Shown piece by piece: positions 16,889-26,590 of a stretch of 64,000 nucleotides of DNA. The notes beneath the pieces were generated by a model. The model made no database searches, had not been told where the DNA came from, and worked only from the letters and a program-made list of their open reading frames with translations. Source of the stretch: an uncultured Acidobacteriota bacterium (lineage in GTDB: Bacteria > Acidobacteriota > Vicinamibacteria > Vicinamibacterales > 2-12-FULL-66-21); the NCBI GenBank assembly GCA_963836665.1, contig CAWIKL010000001.1, positions 3,791,818 through 3,855,817 on the forward strand, read 5' to 3'. Each line of letters starts with the position of its first letter. Position 1 is the stretch's first letter. The translations under genes and the position numbers were made by a program.

Positions 16889-17467
16889 ATGTCCATCTGC
16901 TTCCTGCTGCTCGGTTTACTACTGCAGGCCCAGGCGCCACCCGCGCCCGTGCCCCCCACCCCCGGTAACCCGATCGTCGACATCGAGACGTCGATGGGGA
17001 CGATCACCGTCGAGCTATTCAAAGATCAGGCCCCCGTCTCGGTCGCCAATTTCCTCGAGTACGCCCACGACGGCTTTTACCCGGGAACGGTCTTTCACCG
17101 GGTGGTTCCGGGATACGTAATTCAGGGGGGCGGGTTCACGTCGGCGCTGGTCGAAAAGGGCACGCGCCCCCCGATTCAGAACGAGGCCACCAACGGCCTG
17201 AGCAACCGCCGCGGGACGCTAGCCATGGCACGGACCCGGTCCCTCCGAAGTGCTACCTCCCAGTTCTACATCAACCTCTCCAACAACCCCTCCCTCGACC
17301 ACACCGGCTTTTCCCCGGACGTCTTCGGCTACGCCGTTTTCGGCCGTGTCATCGCCGGCATGGACGTCGTCGATCGCATCGGCCAGGTGAAGACCGGTGT
17401 GCGCGACGGGATGGACGACGTGCCGGTGGAACCGGTCGTGATCACGAAGGTCACGGAAAAGAAGTGA
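16889..17467 (+). CDS. secreted cyclophilin-type peptidyl-prolyl isomerase
   Basis: Signal peptide MSICFLLLGLLLQAQA. Cyclophilin motifs FHRVVPGYVIQGG, MAR.....ATSQFYINL. Confidence 0.9.
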   Translation: MSICFLLLGLLLQAQAPPAPVPPTPGNPIVDIETSMGTITVELFKDQAPVSVANFLEYAHDGFYPGTVFHRVVPGYVIQGGGFTSALVEKGTRPPIQNEATNGLSNRRGTLAMARTRSLRSATSQFYINLSNNPSLDHTGFSPDVFGYAVFGRVIAGMDVVDRIGQVKTGVRDGMDDVPVEPVVITKVTEKK

Positions 17468-18621
17468 GCCGGCCGCTCGTCATCATTTTCCTGACGGTCC
17501 TCGTCAACCTGATTGGCTTCGGCATCATCATTCCGCTGCTGCCCTTTTACGCCCAGACGTTCGGCGCATCGCCGCTCGTCATCGGGCTGCTCTTCGCCTC
17601 GTTCTCAGTGTCGCAGCTCATCGCGTCGCCGCTTCTCGGCCACTGGTCCGACACCTGGGGGCGCCGCCCGGTACTGATCGTGAGCCTGCTCGGCACCGTC
17701 GTCAGCTTCGTCATGCTGGCGCTGGCACACAGCCTCGCGATGCTCTTCGCCGCGCGCATCGTCGACGGGCTCTCGGGTGGGAACATCACCACCGCCCGCG
17801 CCTACATTGGAGACATCGCCACCGACGAGAACCGCGCGAAGTACTTCGGGTTCCTTGGCGCGGCGTTCGGGCTCGGGTTCATCATCGGTCCTGGCCTGAG
17901 CGGGCTGTTCGCGCACCTCAGCTACACAGCGCCGATCTGGGCGGCGGCAGCGATCACGCTGGCGGCGATGCTGCTCGCCTGGTTGTGGCTCCCCGAGACG
18001 GTACATCGCGTCCATGCCGACGCCGGGTCGCCCTGGCGCGCGCTGCACGAGCTCGGCACGCGTGCCAGCCTGCGTACGCTGTTCGCCATCGACTTCCTGT
18101 ACTGGGCTTCCTTTGCCGTCTACCAGTCGACGTTCGCGCTGTTCGGCGCGCGCCGCTTCGGCTTCGATGCGCCGCACATCGGCTACATTCTCGCCGCCTT
18201 TGGCGTGCTCGGCGTGATCGTGCAAGGGGCCATGGTCGGCCCGATCGTGAAGCGGATCGGGGAGAAACACGCGCTGATCGCGGGACTGATCATCGCCGCG
18301 CTGAGCTGGGCCGGCGCCGCCGTGGTCTACTCGGTGCCACTGTTCCTGCTCATGCTCGTGCCCTCGGCGTTCGGGCTTGGCTTCTGCACGCCGTCGCTCG
18401 TCTCACTGGTCAGCGGCGCGGCCGGCCGGCACGAGCAGGGACGCGTGCAGGGGGCGGCCGGCGCGCTCGAGTCGCTGGGGCGGACAATCGGGCCCGTCTG
18501 GGGTAACGGCCTGCTCCAGGTCTTCGGCGAGGGGGCGGCCTATGGATCGGCCGCCGTCGTGATGATCGCGACCGCGCTTCTGACGACGCGATATACGCCG
18601 CGCGGTTCGTCTGACCAGTAG
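17464..18621 (+). CDS. MFS transporter (TCR/Tet-like)
   Basis: 12 hydrophobic segments. Motif GHWSDTWGRRPVL. The GTG start overlaps the upstream stop (GTGA). Confidence 0.85.
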   Translation: MSRPLVIIFLTVLVNLIGFGIIIPLLPFYAQTFGASPLVIGLLFASFSVSQLIASPLLGHWSDTWGRRPVLIVSLLGTVVSFVMLALAHSLAMLFAARIVDGLSGGNITTARAYIGDIATDENRAKYFGFLGAAFGLGFIIGPGLSGLFAHLSYTAPIWAAAAITLAAMLLAWLWLPETVHRVHADAGSPWRALHELGTRASLRTLFAIDFLYWASFAVYQSTFALFGARRFGFDAPHIGYILAAFGVLGVIVQGAMVGPIVKRIGEKHALIAGLIIAALSWAGAAVVYSVPLFLLMLVPSAFGLGFCTPSLVSLVSGAAGRHEQGRVQGAAGALESLGRTIGPVWGNGLLQVFGEGAAYGSAAVVMIATALLTTRYTPRGSSDQ

Positions 18622-18632
18622 AGGAGGAGACC

Positions 18633-19670
18633 ATGAACCGACGCAGCTTCATCATCAGCACCGCGGCCGCCGCGCTCTCGACGTCACGGCTGGCCGCGTG
18701 GTCCTCCGCCGCCAACGTTCAGCTCGGTTCGATCGACGGCAGCGTCGGTGGCAACCAGTTCACGCCGGTCACGTTCCTCGACTATCTCAGCTCGATCAAG
18801 CTGTCGTGGGCGATGCTGTCGTTGTCGCCGCAGACGCTCGGCGACGAGGCGGCGCTGAAGGCCATTCGCGCGCACGCCGACCAGCTGGGGATCAAGCTGC
18901 AGCTCGCCTTCGGTTCGGTCTGTCCCAGCTCCAAGTCGTTCAACGCGCAGAACGGCACTCTCGAAGAGCAGCTCGCGCGCGGGCTCAAGGCGTCGCAGAT
19001 CTTCGGCGCCACGTGCATGCGCTGCGTGCTCGGCGGTGATCCGGAACGGCCGCAGATCGAGATGCACGTCGACAACATGGTGAAGGCGGTCCGGTCGGTC
19101 CGCTCGCGTCTGGTCGACTCGGGGATCAAGCTGGCCGTCGAGAACCATGGCGGCGATCTCCAGGCGCGCGAGATGAAGGGCATGATCGAGATGGTCGGCA
19201 CCGACGTGATGGGCGTCTGCCTGGACTCGGGCAATCCCGTCTGGATGCTCGAGGATCCCCATTTCACGCTCGAGACGCTGATCCCCTATGCGCTGACCTG
19301 CCACGTGCGCGACAGCGCCGTGTGGAAGGTACCGGAGGGAATCGCCGTGCGCTGGGTGAACATGGGTGAGGGCAACGTCGATATCGATGGCTGGATCCGG
19401 ACGTTCATCCAGGCCAAGCCGGGGATGCCGATCATCTTCGAGAACCTCGTCTCGGGCGCCCCGCGCGTCCACCACATCTACGATCAGGCGTTCTGGGAGA
19501 ACTGGCGCAAAATGACCGCGGCCGACTTCAGCCGATTCCTGACGGTTGCTGAACGAGGCAAGCCGACGCCGGCCGTCCCGCTCGCGCCGGGCAAGACGGC
19601 GGGGCAGCAGCACAAGGACGACCTCGAGGTCTGCGTGCGCTATACGCGCGCGCTGCTGGAGCGGATGTAG
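18633..19670 (+). CDS. xylose-isomerase-like TIM-barrel sugar-phosphate isomerase/epimerase, Tat-exported
   Basis: Twin-arginine leader MNRRSFIISTAAAAL. AP-endonuclease-2/TIM-barrel-like VENHGG and CLDSGN motifs. GGAGGAG Shine-Dalgarno. Confidence 0.75.
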   Translation: MNRRSFIISTAAAALSTSRLAAWSSAANVQLGSIDGSVGGNQFTPVTFLDYLSSIKLSWAMLSLSPQTLGDEAALKAIRAHADQLGIKLQLAFGSVCPSSKSFNAQNGTLEEQLARGLKASQIFGATCMRCVLGGDPERPQIEMHVDNMVKAVRSVRSRLVDSGIKLAVENHGGDLQAREMKGMIEMVGTDVMGVCLDSGNPVWMLEDPHFTLETLIPYALTCHVRDSAVWKVPEGIAVRWVNMGEGNVDIDGWIRTFIQAKPGMPIIFENLVSGAPRVHHIYDQAFWENWRKMTAADFSRFLTVAERGKPTPAVPLAPGKTAGQQHKDDLEVCVRYTRALLERM

Positions 19671-19679
19671 AATTCGATC

Positions 19680-20309
19680 GTGAACCTGGTTCGTTGCACT
19701 GTTTCAGGCTCGCTCGCGGCCGCGCTGTCGGCCTCAGCCGTTGCCTTTGCGTCTCCCCCAAGGTCGTCGCCAGCGCAACGCATCGTCGTGCTCGGCGATA
19801 GTCTCGCCGTCTCCCCGTCACGTGCGCTGAACTTTCCGGAAGAGCTGCAGGCTCGGCTCGAGAAGGCGCATCCCGGCTGGACGATTGTCAACGCAGGCTA
19901 CCGCGGCGATACGACGACCGGCGGATCACGACGCTTCCAGAACGCGCTGACCGACGACACGAAGATCCTCGTCCTCGAGCTCGGCGCCAACGATGGCCTG
20001 CGCGGCGTGGACGTCGGCACCGTGGAAGGGAATCTCTCGCGGATGATCGAGACGGCCCAGTCGAGGGGCATCAAGGTGCTGCTGTGCGGGATGGAAACGC
20101 CGCCCTTGAGGAGCTGGAACTACTCTGTAGCGTTCCACCGCATCTTCCCGCGGCTGGCCGAGAAGTACAGGATCCCGCTCGTGCCGTTCCTGCTCCAGGG
20201 GGTCGCGCTCAACCCCGACATGAACGGCGACGACGGGATCCATCCCAATGCCGCCGGCGCCCGCGCCATCGCCGACACCATCTGGTCGTACCTCGAGCCG
20301 TTGCTGTGA
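19680..20309 (+). CDS. SGNH/GDSL hydrolase (TesA-like arylesterase/lipase)
   Basis: Block I VVLGDSLA, block III GANDG, block V DGIHPN. Confidence 0.85.
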   Translation: MNLVRCTVSGSLAAALSASAVAFASPPRSSPAQRIVVLGDSLAVSPSRALNFPEELQARLEKAHPGWTIVNAGYRGDTTTGGSRRFQNALTDDTKILVLELGANDGLRGVDVGTVEGNLSRMIETAQSRGIKVLLCGMETPPLRSWNYSVAFHRIFPRLAEKYRIPLVPFLLQGVALNPDMNGDDGIHPNAAGARAIADTIWSYLEPLL

Positions 20310-20323
20310 TCAGGGCGCGCGGA

Positions 20324-22171
20324 TTACCGCGCGGCGAGCTCGCGTTCGAGACGCGTGACCAGATCGTCGAGCTGATCGACGACGGCGCGCACGGTGTCGG
20401 GCTGGCTGAGATCGACACCCGCCGTGCGCAGCAGCTCCATCGGATAGTCGCTGCCCCCCGCTCGTAGCAGGTTGAGGAAACGATCCCGCGCGCCCGCTGC
20501 CTCCGCGCCGCCGGCCATGATCTGTTTGGCGATCTTCGCCGCCGACGCAAAGCACGTCGCGTACTGGTAGACGTAGTACGGCGAGTTGAAGAAGTGCGGG
20601 ATGCGCGACCAGGTGATCCCGGTGTAGGGATTCAGGTCCACCGCGTCGCCGTAGTAGTCCTTCAGCAGCTGCGTGTAGGTCTCGGTCAGGATCTCCGCCG
20701 TGATCGGCTGGTCCTGTTCAGCCAGGCGATGGGCGCGCAGCTCGTAGTCGGCAAAGAGCACCTGCGTGAAGAACGTGCCGGTGATGTTGTCGATGGCGTG
20801 CTGCAGCAGCACGATGCGCTCGGTCGGATCGGTCGAGCGCGCCAGCATGTACTCGAGCAGAAGCGCCTCGCTCAGTGTCGACGGCACTTCGGCAACGAAG
20901 ATCGTGTAGTCGGAATAGATGAACGGCTGGGTCTCGTGCGACAGGATCGTGTGCATCGAGTGGCCCATCTCGTGCGCCGTCGTGAACACGTCGTCGAGCG
21001 TGTCCGTGTAGTTGAGCAGCATGTAGGGGTGCACGCCGTAGACCGGCGCCGAGTAGGCGCCAGAGCGCTTGCCCTCGTTCTCGTAGACATCGATCCAGTG
21101 GCTCGAGAAACCGGTGCGCATCAGCGCCTGGTAGTCGGGTCCGAGCGGCGCCACCGCCTCGACGATCCAGTCGAGCACCTCGTCGTAGTTGTACTTCTTG
21201 TCGAACGAGACGAGCGGGATCGAGAAATCGTAGACCTGGTAGGTGGGCACATCGAGCGCGCGCCGCCGCAGCTGGTGATAGCGGCGCAAGGGTCCGACGC
21301 CGGCGCGGGTGGTCTCGATCAGGTTCTCGACGACCGAGGTCGGGATGTTGTCGCCGTGCAGCGCCGCTTCGAGCGTGCTCGTGTAGCCGCGCGCGCGCGC
21401 CTGGAACCAGTCGCGCTGGCACACGGCGTTGTAGAGAGCCGCGTAGGTGTTCAGCGTCGCCTTGTAGGTCTCGTGCAGCGCGCCGAACGCCTTCTCGCGG
21501 TCCGGCTGTGCGCGCTTGGTCGCCAGGATGGCACGATACTGCCCGTAGGAGACCGTGACTTCTTCGCCGTCCGACAGGACGATCGTCGGGAAGCGCGCGT
21601 CCGCGGTCGACAGCGCCGCGTAGGCATCGTAGGGCGCCTGCGACAGCCGGCTCGACAGTGACATCAATTTTTCGCCGGCCTCGTCGAGCACGTGCTCCTG
21701 CTGGCGATAGAGATTCTCGATCGCGAAGCGGTAGAGCGCGAGTGCCGGGTCCTTGGCCATCCAGCCGCGGACGGTGTCGATCGGGATCTGCAGCAGCTCC
21801 GGGCTGAACCACGACTCGACCTGCTTCCAGCGCGCGAACAGGATCTGCACCTGCTGGCGCCGCGCGTTGATGGCGTTATCGCGCTGATCCTCGTCGTGCT
21901 GCAGCGATGGGTAGTACCACACCTTGTAGGCCAGCTGGCCAAGCGCCTCCGACTGCCGGAACGCCTGGAGCAGCTGTGCCGGGCCCTGCGACAGCGTGCC
22001 TTTCAGCTCAGCGTACCTGCTGATGCCGGCGTCGAGCTCCTTATAGGCGGCGTCCCATTGTGGCCAGCTCGCGAAGATGTCGTCGACGTTCCACTTGAAA
22101 CGGTCGGGAATCTCGCCGCGCTTGCGGCTGCGCACGGGGGAAGCCTGTCCGGCCAGCGTCTCGGAACCCAT
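20324..22171 (-). CDS. pepF: oligoendopeptidase F (M3B)
   Basis: HEMGH zinc motif and typical PepF N-terminus (RFKWNVDDIF). I place the start at MGSETLAG (22171). Confidence 0.9.
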   Translation of the reverse strand: MGSETLAGQASPVRSRKRGEIPDRFKWNVDDIFASWPQWDAAYKELDAGISRYAELKGTLSQGPAQLLQAFRQSEALGQLAYKVWYYPSLQHDEDQRDNAINARRQQVQILFARWKQVESWFSPELLQIPIDTVRGWMAKDPALALYRFAIENLYRQQEHVLDEAGEKLMSLSSRLSQAPYDAYAALSTADARFPTIVLSDGEEVTVSYGQYRAILATKRAQPDREKAFGALHETYKATLNTYAALYNAVCQRDWFQARARGYTSTLEAALHGDNIPTSVVENLIETTRAGVGPLRRYHQLRRRALDVPTYQVYDFSIPLVSFDKKYNYDEVLDWIVEAVAPLGPDYQALMRTGFSSHWIDVYENEGKRSGAYSAPVYGVHPYMLLNYTDTLDDVFTTAHEMGHSMHTILSHETQPFIYSDYTIFVAEVPSTLSEALLLEYMLARSTDPTERIVLLQHAIDNITGTFFTQVLFADYELRAHRLAEQDQPITAEILTETYTQLLKDYYGDAVDLNPYTGITWSRIPHFFNSPYYVYQYATCFASAAKIAKQIMAGGAEAAGARDRFLNLLRAGGSDYPMELLRTAGVDLSQPDTVRAVVDQLDDLVTRLERELAAR

Positions 22172-22211
22172 CCCACAACTATACCGTCCTGCTCCGCGCC
22201 CGCGCATCAGC

Positions 22212-22217
22212 TATCAT
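22212..22217 (+). promoter_or_regulatory. -10-like TATCAT 9 nt upstream of ATG 22227
   Basis: Read directly. Confidence 0.3.
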
Positions 22218-22226
22218 CCGGCGCGC

Positions 22227-23429
22227 ATGATCCACGGGTACCGCAAGGCCGCCGCCGTTGCCGCACTCGTCTTCGCGACCACCGCAACGGTGCTCCGCAC
22301 CGTGCGCCCGCCGAACCCGTTCGCGCGCGCCCACTGGCTGCTCGACTACCGGTTCGGCTTCATGAAGCGTGCGTTGCAGGGAGAGGTCCTCGTGATCCTC
22401 TCGCGCATCGGCCTTCTGCACCTGCAGCGGGACACCATCTTCGCCGTCGCCTACCTGATGTTCGGCCTGCTGTGCGGTGCGATCTTGACGATCGCCGTCC
22501 GCACGCTGTCGCGCAGCGGCTGGGATCGCGCGACGTTCTTCGTGTTCGCCTCGTTCCTGACGTCGGCCTATGTCGTGACCAGCGCGCACCTGATGGGCTA
22601 CCTCGACCACGTCATCGCCCTGCTCGCCATGGCGGCAGCGTGGTGCGCGATGCACCGTCGCTACTGGACGGCGGGCGTGGCGATTGGTGCGGCCATGCTC
22701 GTCCACGAGACCGTTCTCGTCACTGGGATTCCAGTGCTGGTGATGGCGATCGCGCTGCGGCCGGGTGCGCCGCGCGGTCGGGCTCTCGCTTCGGCGCTCG
22801 CGCCGATGATTCTGCCCTTGACCGCCGGCGCGGCGATCTTCCTGAGCGAGCGCGACCCCGTGCACCGGATGGCGCTCCGCGCCCAGTTGACGCACCGTCT
22901 TTCCGTGTTCAGATGGGTGAACGACGACATGAACATCCATGTGCCGGAATGGTTGACCACCAGCTTCCTCCAGCACTTCCGCGAAGAGGCCCACGCGTTT
23001 CCCTCGCGGATCACCAGTCCGGGATTCATGTTCTACATCGTCCCGACGATGATCCTGCTCTGGCTGCTGAGCTCAGCGCTGTCGTCGTGGCGCCGCGATT
23101 GGATGGCGGCGGCGGCCGCGGCCATCGTGTTCCCACTGTCGCTGCACCTGCTCGCCTTCGACACCGCTCGAGAATGGACGCTGCCACTGATTGTCGGTCT
23201 CATGTGCGTGTGGGTGGCATCCGAGTCCGGCAGTGGCAAGGCATCGTGGGGAGCGGTCACGCGCGGATTCGTCTCTGCGGCCGGGCTCGCCATCGTCCTG
23301 TTCAATGTCTTCCGGATGCGCTATCCGCTGCTCGACTACCTGACGGACGCCTTCGATAATCGAACGCGCGCGCTGCTCTACGCGCCGTTCTTCGTGTCGG
23401 GGGCGGTGTTCCTGTGGAGGAGGAAATGA
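22227..23429 (+). CDS. polytopic membrane protein of unknown function
   Basis: At least 9 hydrophobic segments. I place the start at ATG 22227, since the track start 22077 overlaps pepF. Confidence 0.6.
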   Translation: MIHGYRKAAAVAALVFATTATVLRTVRPPNPFARAHWLLDYRFGFMKRALQGEVLVILSRIGLLHLQRDTIFAVAYLMFGLLCGAILTIAVRTLSRSGWDRATFFVFASFLTSAYVVTSAHLMGYLDHVIALLAMAAAWCAMHRRYWTAGVAIGAAMLVHETVLVTGIPVLVMAIALRPGAPRGRALASALAPMILPLTAGAAIFLSERDPVHRMALRAQLTHRLSVFRWVNDDMNIHVPEWLTTSFLQHFREEAHAFPSRITSPGFMFYIVPTMILLWLLSSALSSWRRDWMAAAAAAIVFPLSLHLLAFDTAREWTLPLIVGLMCVWVASESGSGKASWGAVTRGFVSAAGLAIVLFNVFRMRYPLLDYLTDAFDNRTRALLYAPFFVSGAVFLWRRK

Positions 23430-23908
23430 CCAAGACGCGGGGCGGTTTCGGCCAGACGTTCGAGCGGTTTTCCAGCGCGGCTACCAGGTGGACAGGCGGC
23501 ACGCCGGCGCTGCTTGCCGCCACGACGATGATCCTCATCTGGCTGCTCACTGGTCCGCTCTTCCATTTTTCGGACACGTGGCAGCTGGTCATGAACACCG
23601 TGACCTCGATCATCACTTTCCTGATGGTGTTTCTGATTCAGCGCACGCAGAACAAAGACTCGCTCGCCGTGCAGCTCAAGCTCAACGAGCTGGTGGCCGC
23701 GCTCGCGGGAGCAAGCAACCACCTGATTGACGTCGAGGATCTCAGCGAAGCCGAGCTGAAGGTGCTCCATGCCTACTATCAACGCCTCACCGACATGGCC
23801 AGGAAGGATGAGGACCTGGGGAAGTCACACTCGGTCGAGGAAGCACAACAGCGCCACGCTCTCAAGCACTCGGCTCGCCAGAAGACCGGCCAGCCTCCCG
23901 GCGCATGA
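23426..23908 (+). CDS. low-affinity iron permease family protein
   Basis: Family-typical TWQLVMNTVTSIITFLMVFLIQRTQNKD and LKLNELV. The start could be 23414 or 23426. Confidence 0.75.
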   Translation: MTKTRGGFGQTFERFSSAATRWTGGTPALLAATTMILIWLLTGPLFHFSDTWQLVMNTVTSIITFLMVFLIQRTQNKDSLAVQLKLNELVAALAGASNHLIDVEDLSEAELKVLHAYYQRLTDMARKDEDLGKSHSVEEAQQRHALKHSARQKTGQPPGA

Positions 23909-24515
23909 ACGCGGCTGCGGCGTCGAAGACCGCGACCAGCGCCGCGTCGGGCTTGCGCCCCGTCACCTTCTGCCGTGTCTTGAACGAGTGATCGCCGTCC
24001 TCGACCTCGACCATCCCGGCCGCGTGCAGGCCCGGCAGCAAGGCGCGGATTTCAGCCGATGTGCCGAGTTCGTCGCGTGACCCCTGGATGAAGAGCATGG
24101 GCTCGGTGATCGACGGCAGGTGCGCGTCGCGCCGCTGCTCGGGTCGCCCGGGCGGATGCAGCGGATAACCGAACAAGACCACCCCGGCGACGCCCTCGAC
24201 ACCGGCGGCGGCGACCTGTGACGCGATCCGTCCGCCCATCGACTTGCCGCCGATGAACAGGGCCAGCCCCGCGAACGCCGCCTGTCCGCGCGCCTCGGCG
24301 AGCGCCGTTCGCCACGCCGCCTCGAGTACCGGTCCCTTGTCCGGGGCGCTTCGCCCTGCTGCCATGTAGGGAAAGTCGAACGTCGCCACGGTGATGCCGC
24401 GCACCACCAGCTCGTGCGTCGCCCGGACCATGAACGCACTGTGCTGTCCGCCGCCCGCTCCATGGGCGAGGACGAGGCCGGCCGCCGCGCGATCGCTGGG
24501 ATAAACTGTCGCCAT
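23862..24515 (-). CDS. alpha/beta hydrolase (KANL3/Tex30-like, dienelactone-hydrolase-like)
   Basis: LAHGAGGG, nucleophile elbow GGKSMGG, and DGDHSF. I place the start at MATVYPS (24515). Confidence 0.8.
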   Translation of the reverse strand: MATVYPSDRAAAGLVLAHGAGGGQHSAFMVRATHELVVRGITVATFDFPYMAAGRSAPDKGPVLEAAWRTALAEARGQAAFAGLALFIGGKSMGGRIASQVAAAGVEGVAGVVLFGYPLHPPGRPEQRRDAHLPSITEPMLFIQGSRDELGTSAEIRALLPGLHAAGMVEVEDGDHSFKTRQKVTGRKPDAALVAVFDAAAAFMRREAGRSSGEPSA

Positions 24516-26568
24516 GACACGCACGCATGCGCTGACCGTCATTGTATTTCCACTGGCCATCGCGATGGCGGCCGACGACGCGGCCGTCCGCGCGCAGGAA
24601 GTGACGCAGCAGCCGATGGTCAGCCGCTCCGGCGTCGATCTCACGTCGATGGACCAGGCGGCGAATCCGTGCAACGACTTCTACCAGTACGCCTGCGGCG
24701 GCTGGATCAAGAACCATCCCGCGCCGCCCGATCAGCCGCGCTACGGCCGCTTCGACGAGCTGCAGGATCGCAATAACGGCATCCTGCGCGACATCCTCGA
24801 GCAGGCGGCCAAGCCCGGCGCACCGGCCGATCAGAAAAAGATTGGCGACTACTACGCGAGCTGCATGGACGAGAGCGGCATCAACGCCAAGGGTCGCGCC
24901 CCGCTCGGTCCAGACCTGCAGCGTGTCGACGGCATCAAGGACAAGAACGAGATTCCCGCCGTGGTCGGCCATCTGCAGACGGTCGGCACGACCACCTTCT
25001 TCGGCTTCGGCGCGGCGCCGGATTTCAAGGACGCGACGCAGTACATCCTGATCTTCGCCCAGGGCGGCCTCGGCCTGCCGGATCGCGACTACTACCTGAA
25101 AGACGACGCCGACGTGACGAAGCTGCGCGGCGAATACCAGAAGCACGTCGCCCGGCTGATGCAGCTCGGCGGCGAGACGCCGGCGGCGGCGGACGCGACG
25201 GCGAAGGCGGTGCTCGCCATCGAGACGACACTGGCCAGGGCCTCGCTCGACCGCGTGTCGCAGCGCAACCCGACGAACATCTACCACAAGATGCCGCGTG
25301 ACGACGTGAAGAAGCTGATGCCGGACTTCAACATGTCGCAGTTCCTCGAGCGCGCCGAGGCGCCGGCCGGGGACAGCGCCAATGTCACCGAGCCGGAATT
25401 CCTGAAGGCCGTCGATCAGATCGTGGTCTCGACCCCGCTCGCCGACCTCAAGGCTTACATGCGCTGGCATGTCATGCACGCACAGGCGGCGCTGCTGCCC
25501 AAGCCGTTCGTCGACGAGAACTTCGCGTTCTACGGCAAGACGCTGACCGGCGCTGCGGAGCAGACGCCGCGCTGGAAACGATGCGTCGAAGCGACGGATG
25601 GCGACCTCGGCGAGGCGCTCGGGAAAATCTACGTCGATCGCACGTTCGGCGCCGAGGGTAAGGCGCGCACGCTCGACATGGTCAAGGCGATCGAGGCGTC
25701 GATGGGCCGCGACATCGACGCCATCGACTGGATGTCGCCCGAGACGAAGACGGCGGCGCAGGCCAAGTTAGCCGCCGTCGCCAACAAGATCGGCTACCCC
25801 GACCGATGGCGCGACTACTCGCCGCTGAACATTGCGCGCGGCGATGCCTATGGCAATTCGCAGCGCGCCAATACCTTCGCCTATCGCCGGCAGATGGCCA
25901 AGATCGGCAAGCCCGTCGACAAGACCGAGTGGCTGATGACCCCGCCGACGGTCAACGCCTATTACAACCCGTTCGAGAACAACATCAATTTCCCGGCCGG
26001 CATTCTCCAGCCGCCTTTCTACATCAAGGCGGCCGACGACGCCGTCAACTTCGGCGCCGCCGCCGCCGTCGTCGGGCACGAGCTGACGCACGGGTTCGAC
26101 GATCAGGGACGCCGCTTCGATCCACAGGGAAACCTGCGCGAATGGTGGACGGCGGCCGACGGCAAGAACTTCGAAGAGCGCGCGCTGTGTATCGACAAGC
26201 AGTACAGCGGCTACACCGCCGTCGACGACGTGAAGTTGAACGGCAAGCTGACGCTCGGTGAGAACGTTGCCGACAACGGCGGCCTGCGTCTCGCGTGGAT
26301 GGCCCTGCAGGAGCTGATGAAGACCAAGGCCCTCGCCGCCAACGCCGACGGGCTCACTCCGGAGCAGCGCTTCTTCCTGGGGTGGGGACAGATGTGGTGC
26401 GAGAACCGCACTGACGAGATCGCCAGGCTGCACGCCAAGACCAACCCGCATTCCCCCGGGCGCTACCGCGCGAATGGGGTGGTGTCGAACATGCCGGAGT
26501 TTGCCCGGGCGTTCAGCTGCCAGGGGACCGCGCCGATGGTCAGCCAGCCGGTCTGTCGCGTGTGGTGA
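24514..26568 (+). CDS. M13 metallopeptidase (neprilysin/PepO-like), secreted
   Basis: HELTHGFD zinc motif, GENVADNGG, NPCNDFYQYACGGW, NAYYNP. Confidence 0.9.
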   Translation: MTRTHALTVIVFPLAIAMAADDAAVRAQEVTQQPMVSRSGVDLTSMDQAANPCNDFYQYACGGWIKNHPAPPDQPRYGRFDELQDRNNGILRDILEQAAKPGAPADQKKIGDYYASCMDESGINAKGRAPLGPDLQRVDGIKDKNEIPAVVGHLQTVGTTTFFGFGAAPDFKDATQYILIFAQGGLGLPDRDYYLKDDADVTKLRGEYQKHVARLMQLGGETPAAADATAKAVLAIETTLARASLDRVSQRNPTNIYHKMPRDDVKKLMPDFNMSQFLERAEAPAGDSANVTEPEFLKAVDQIVVSTPLADLKAYMRWHVMHAQAALLPKPFVDENFAFYGKTLTGAAEQTPRWKRCVEATDGDLGEALGKIYVDRTFGAEGKARTLDMVKAIEASMGRDIDAIDWMSPETKTAAQAKLAAVANKIGYPDRWRDYSPLNIARGDAYGNSQRANTFAYRRQMAKIGKPVDKTEWLMTPPTVNAYYNPFENNINFPAGILQPPFYIKAADDAVNFGAAAAVVGHELTHGFDDQGRRFDPQGNLREWWTAADGKNFEERALCIDKQYSGYTAVDDVKLNGKLTLGENVADNGGLRLAWMALQELMKTKALAANADGLTPEQRFFLGWGQMWCENRTDEIARLHAKTNPHSPGRYRANGVVSNMPEFARAFSCQGTAPMVSQPVCRVW

Positions 26569-26590
26569 GGCGGACCTGAAGGTCGCGGCC
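26569..26590. terminator. GGCGGACCTGAAGGTCGCGGCC hairpin at a convergent junction
   Basis: Same GGACCTGAAGGTC core. It fills the gap between the stops at 26568 (+) and 26590 (-). Confidence 0.4.

Noticed and set aside
20594-23359. Plus-strand ORFs 20594-21661 and 21692-23359 overlapping pepF and the membrane protein.
   Set aside because: They are antisense or out of frame relative to genes with clear signatures (HEMGH in pepF), and their translations are Arg/Asp/Val-rich and degenerate.
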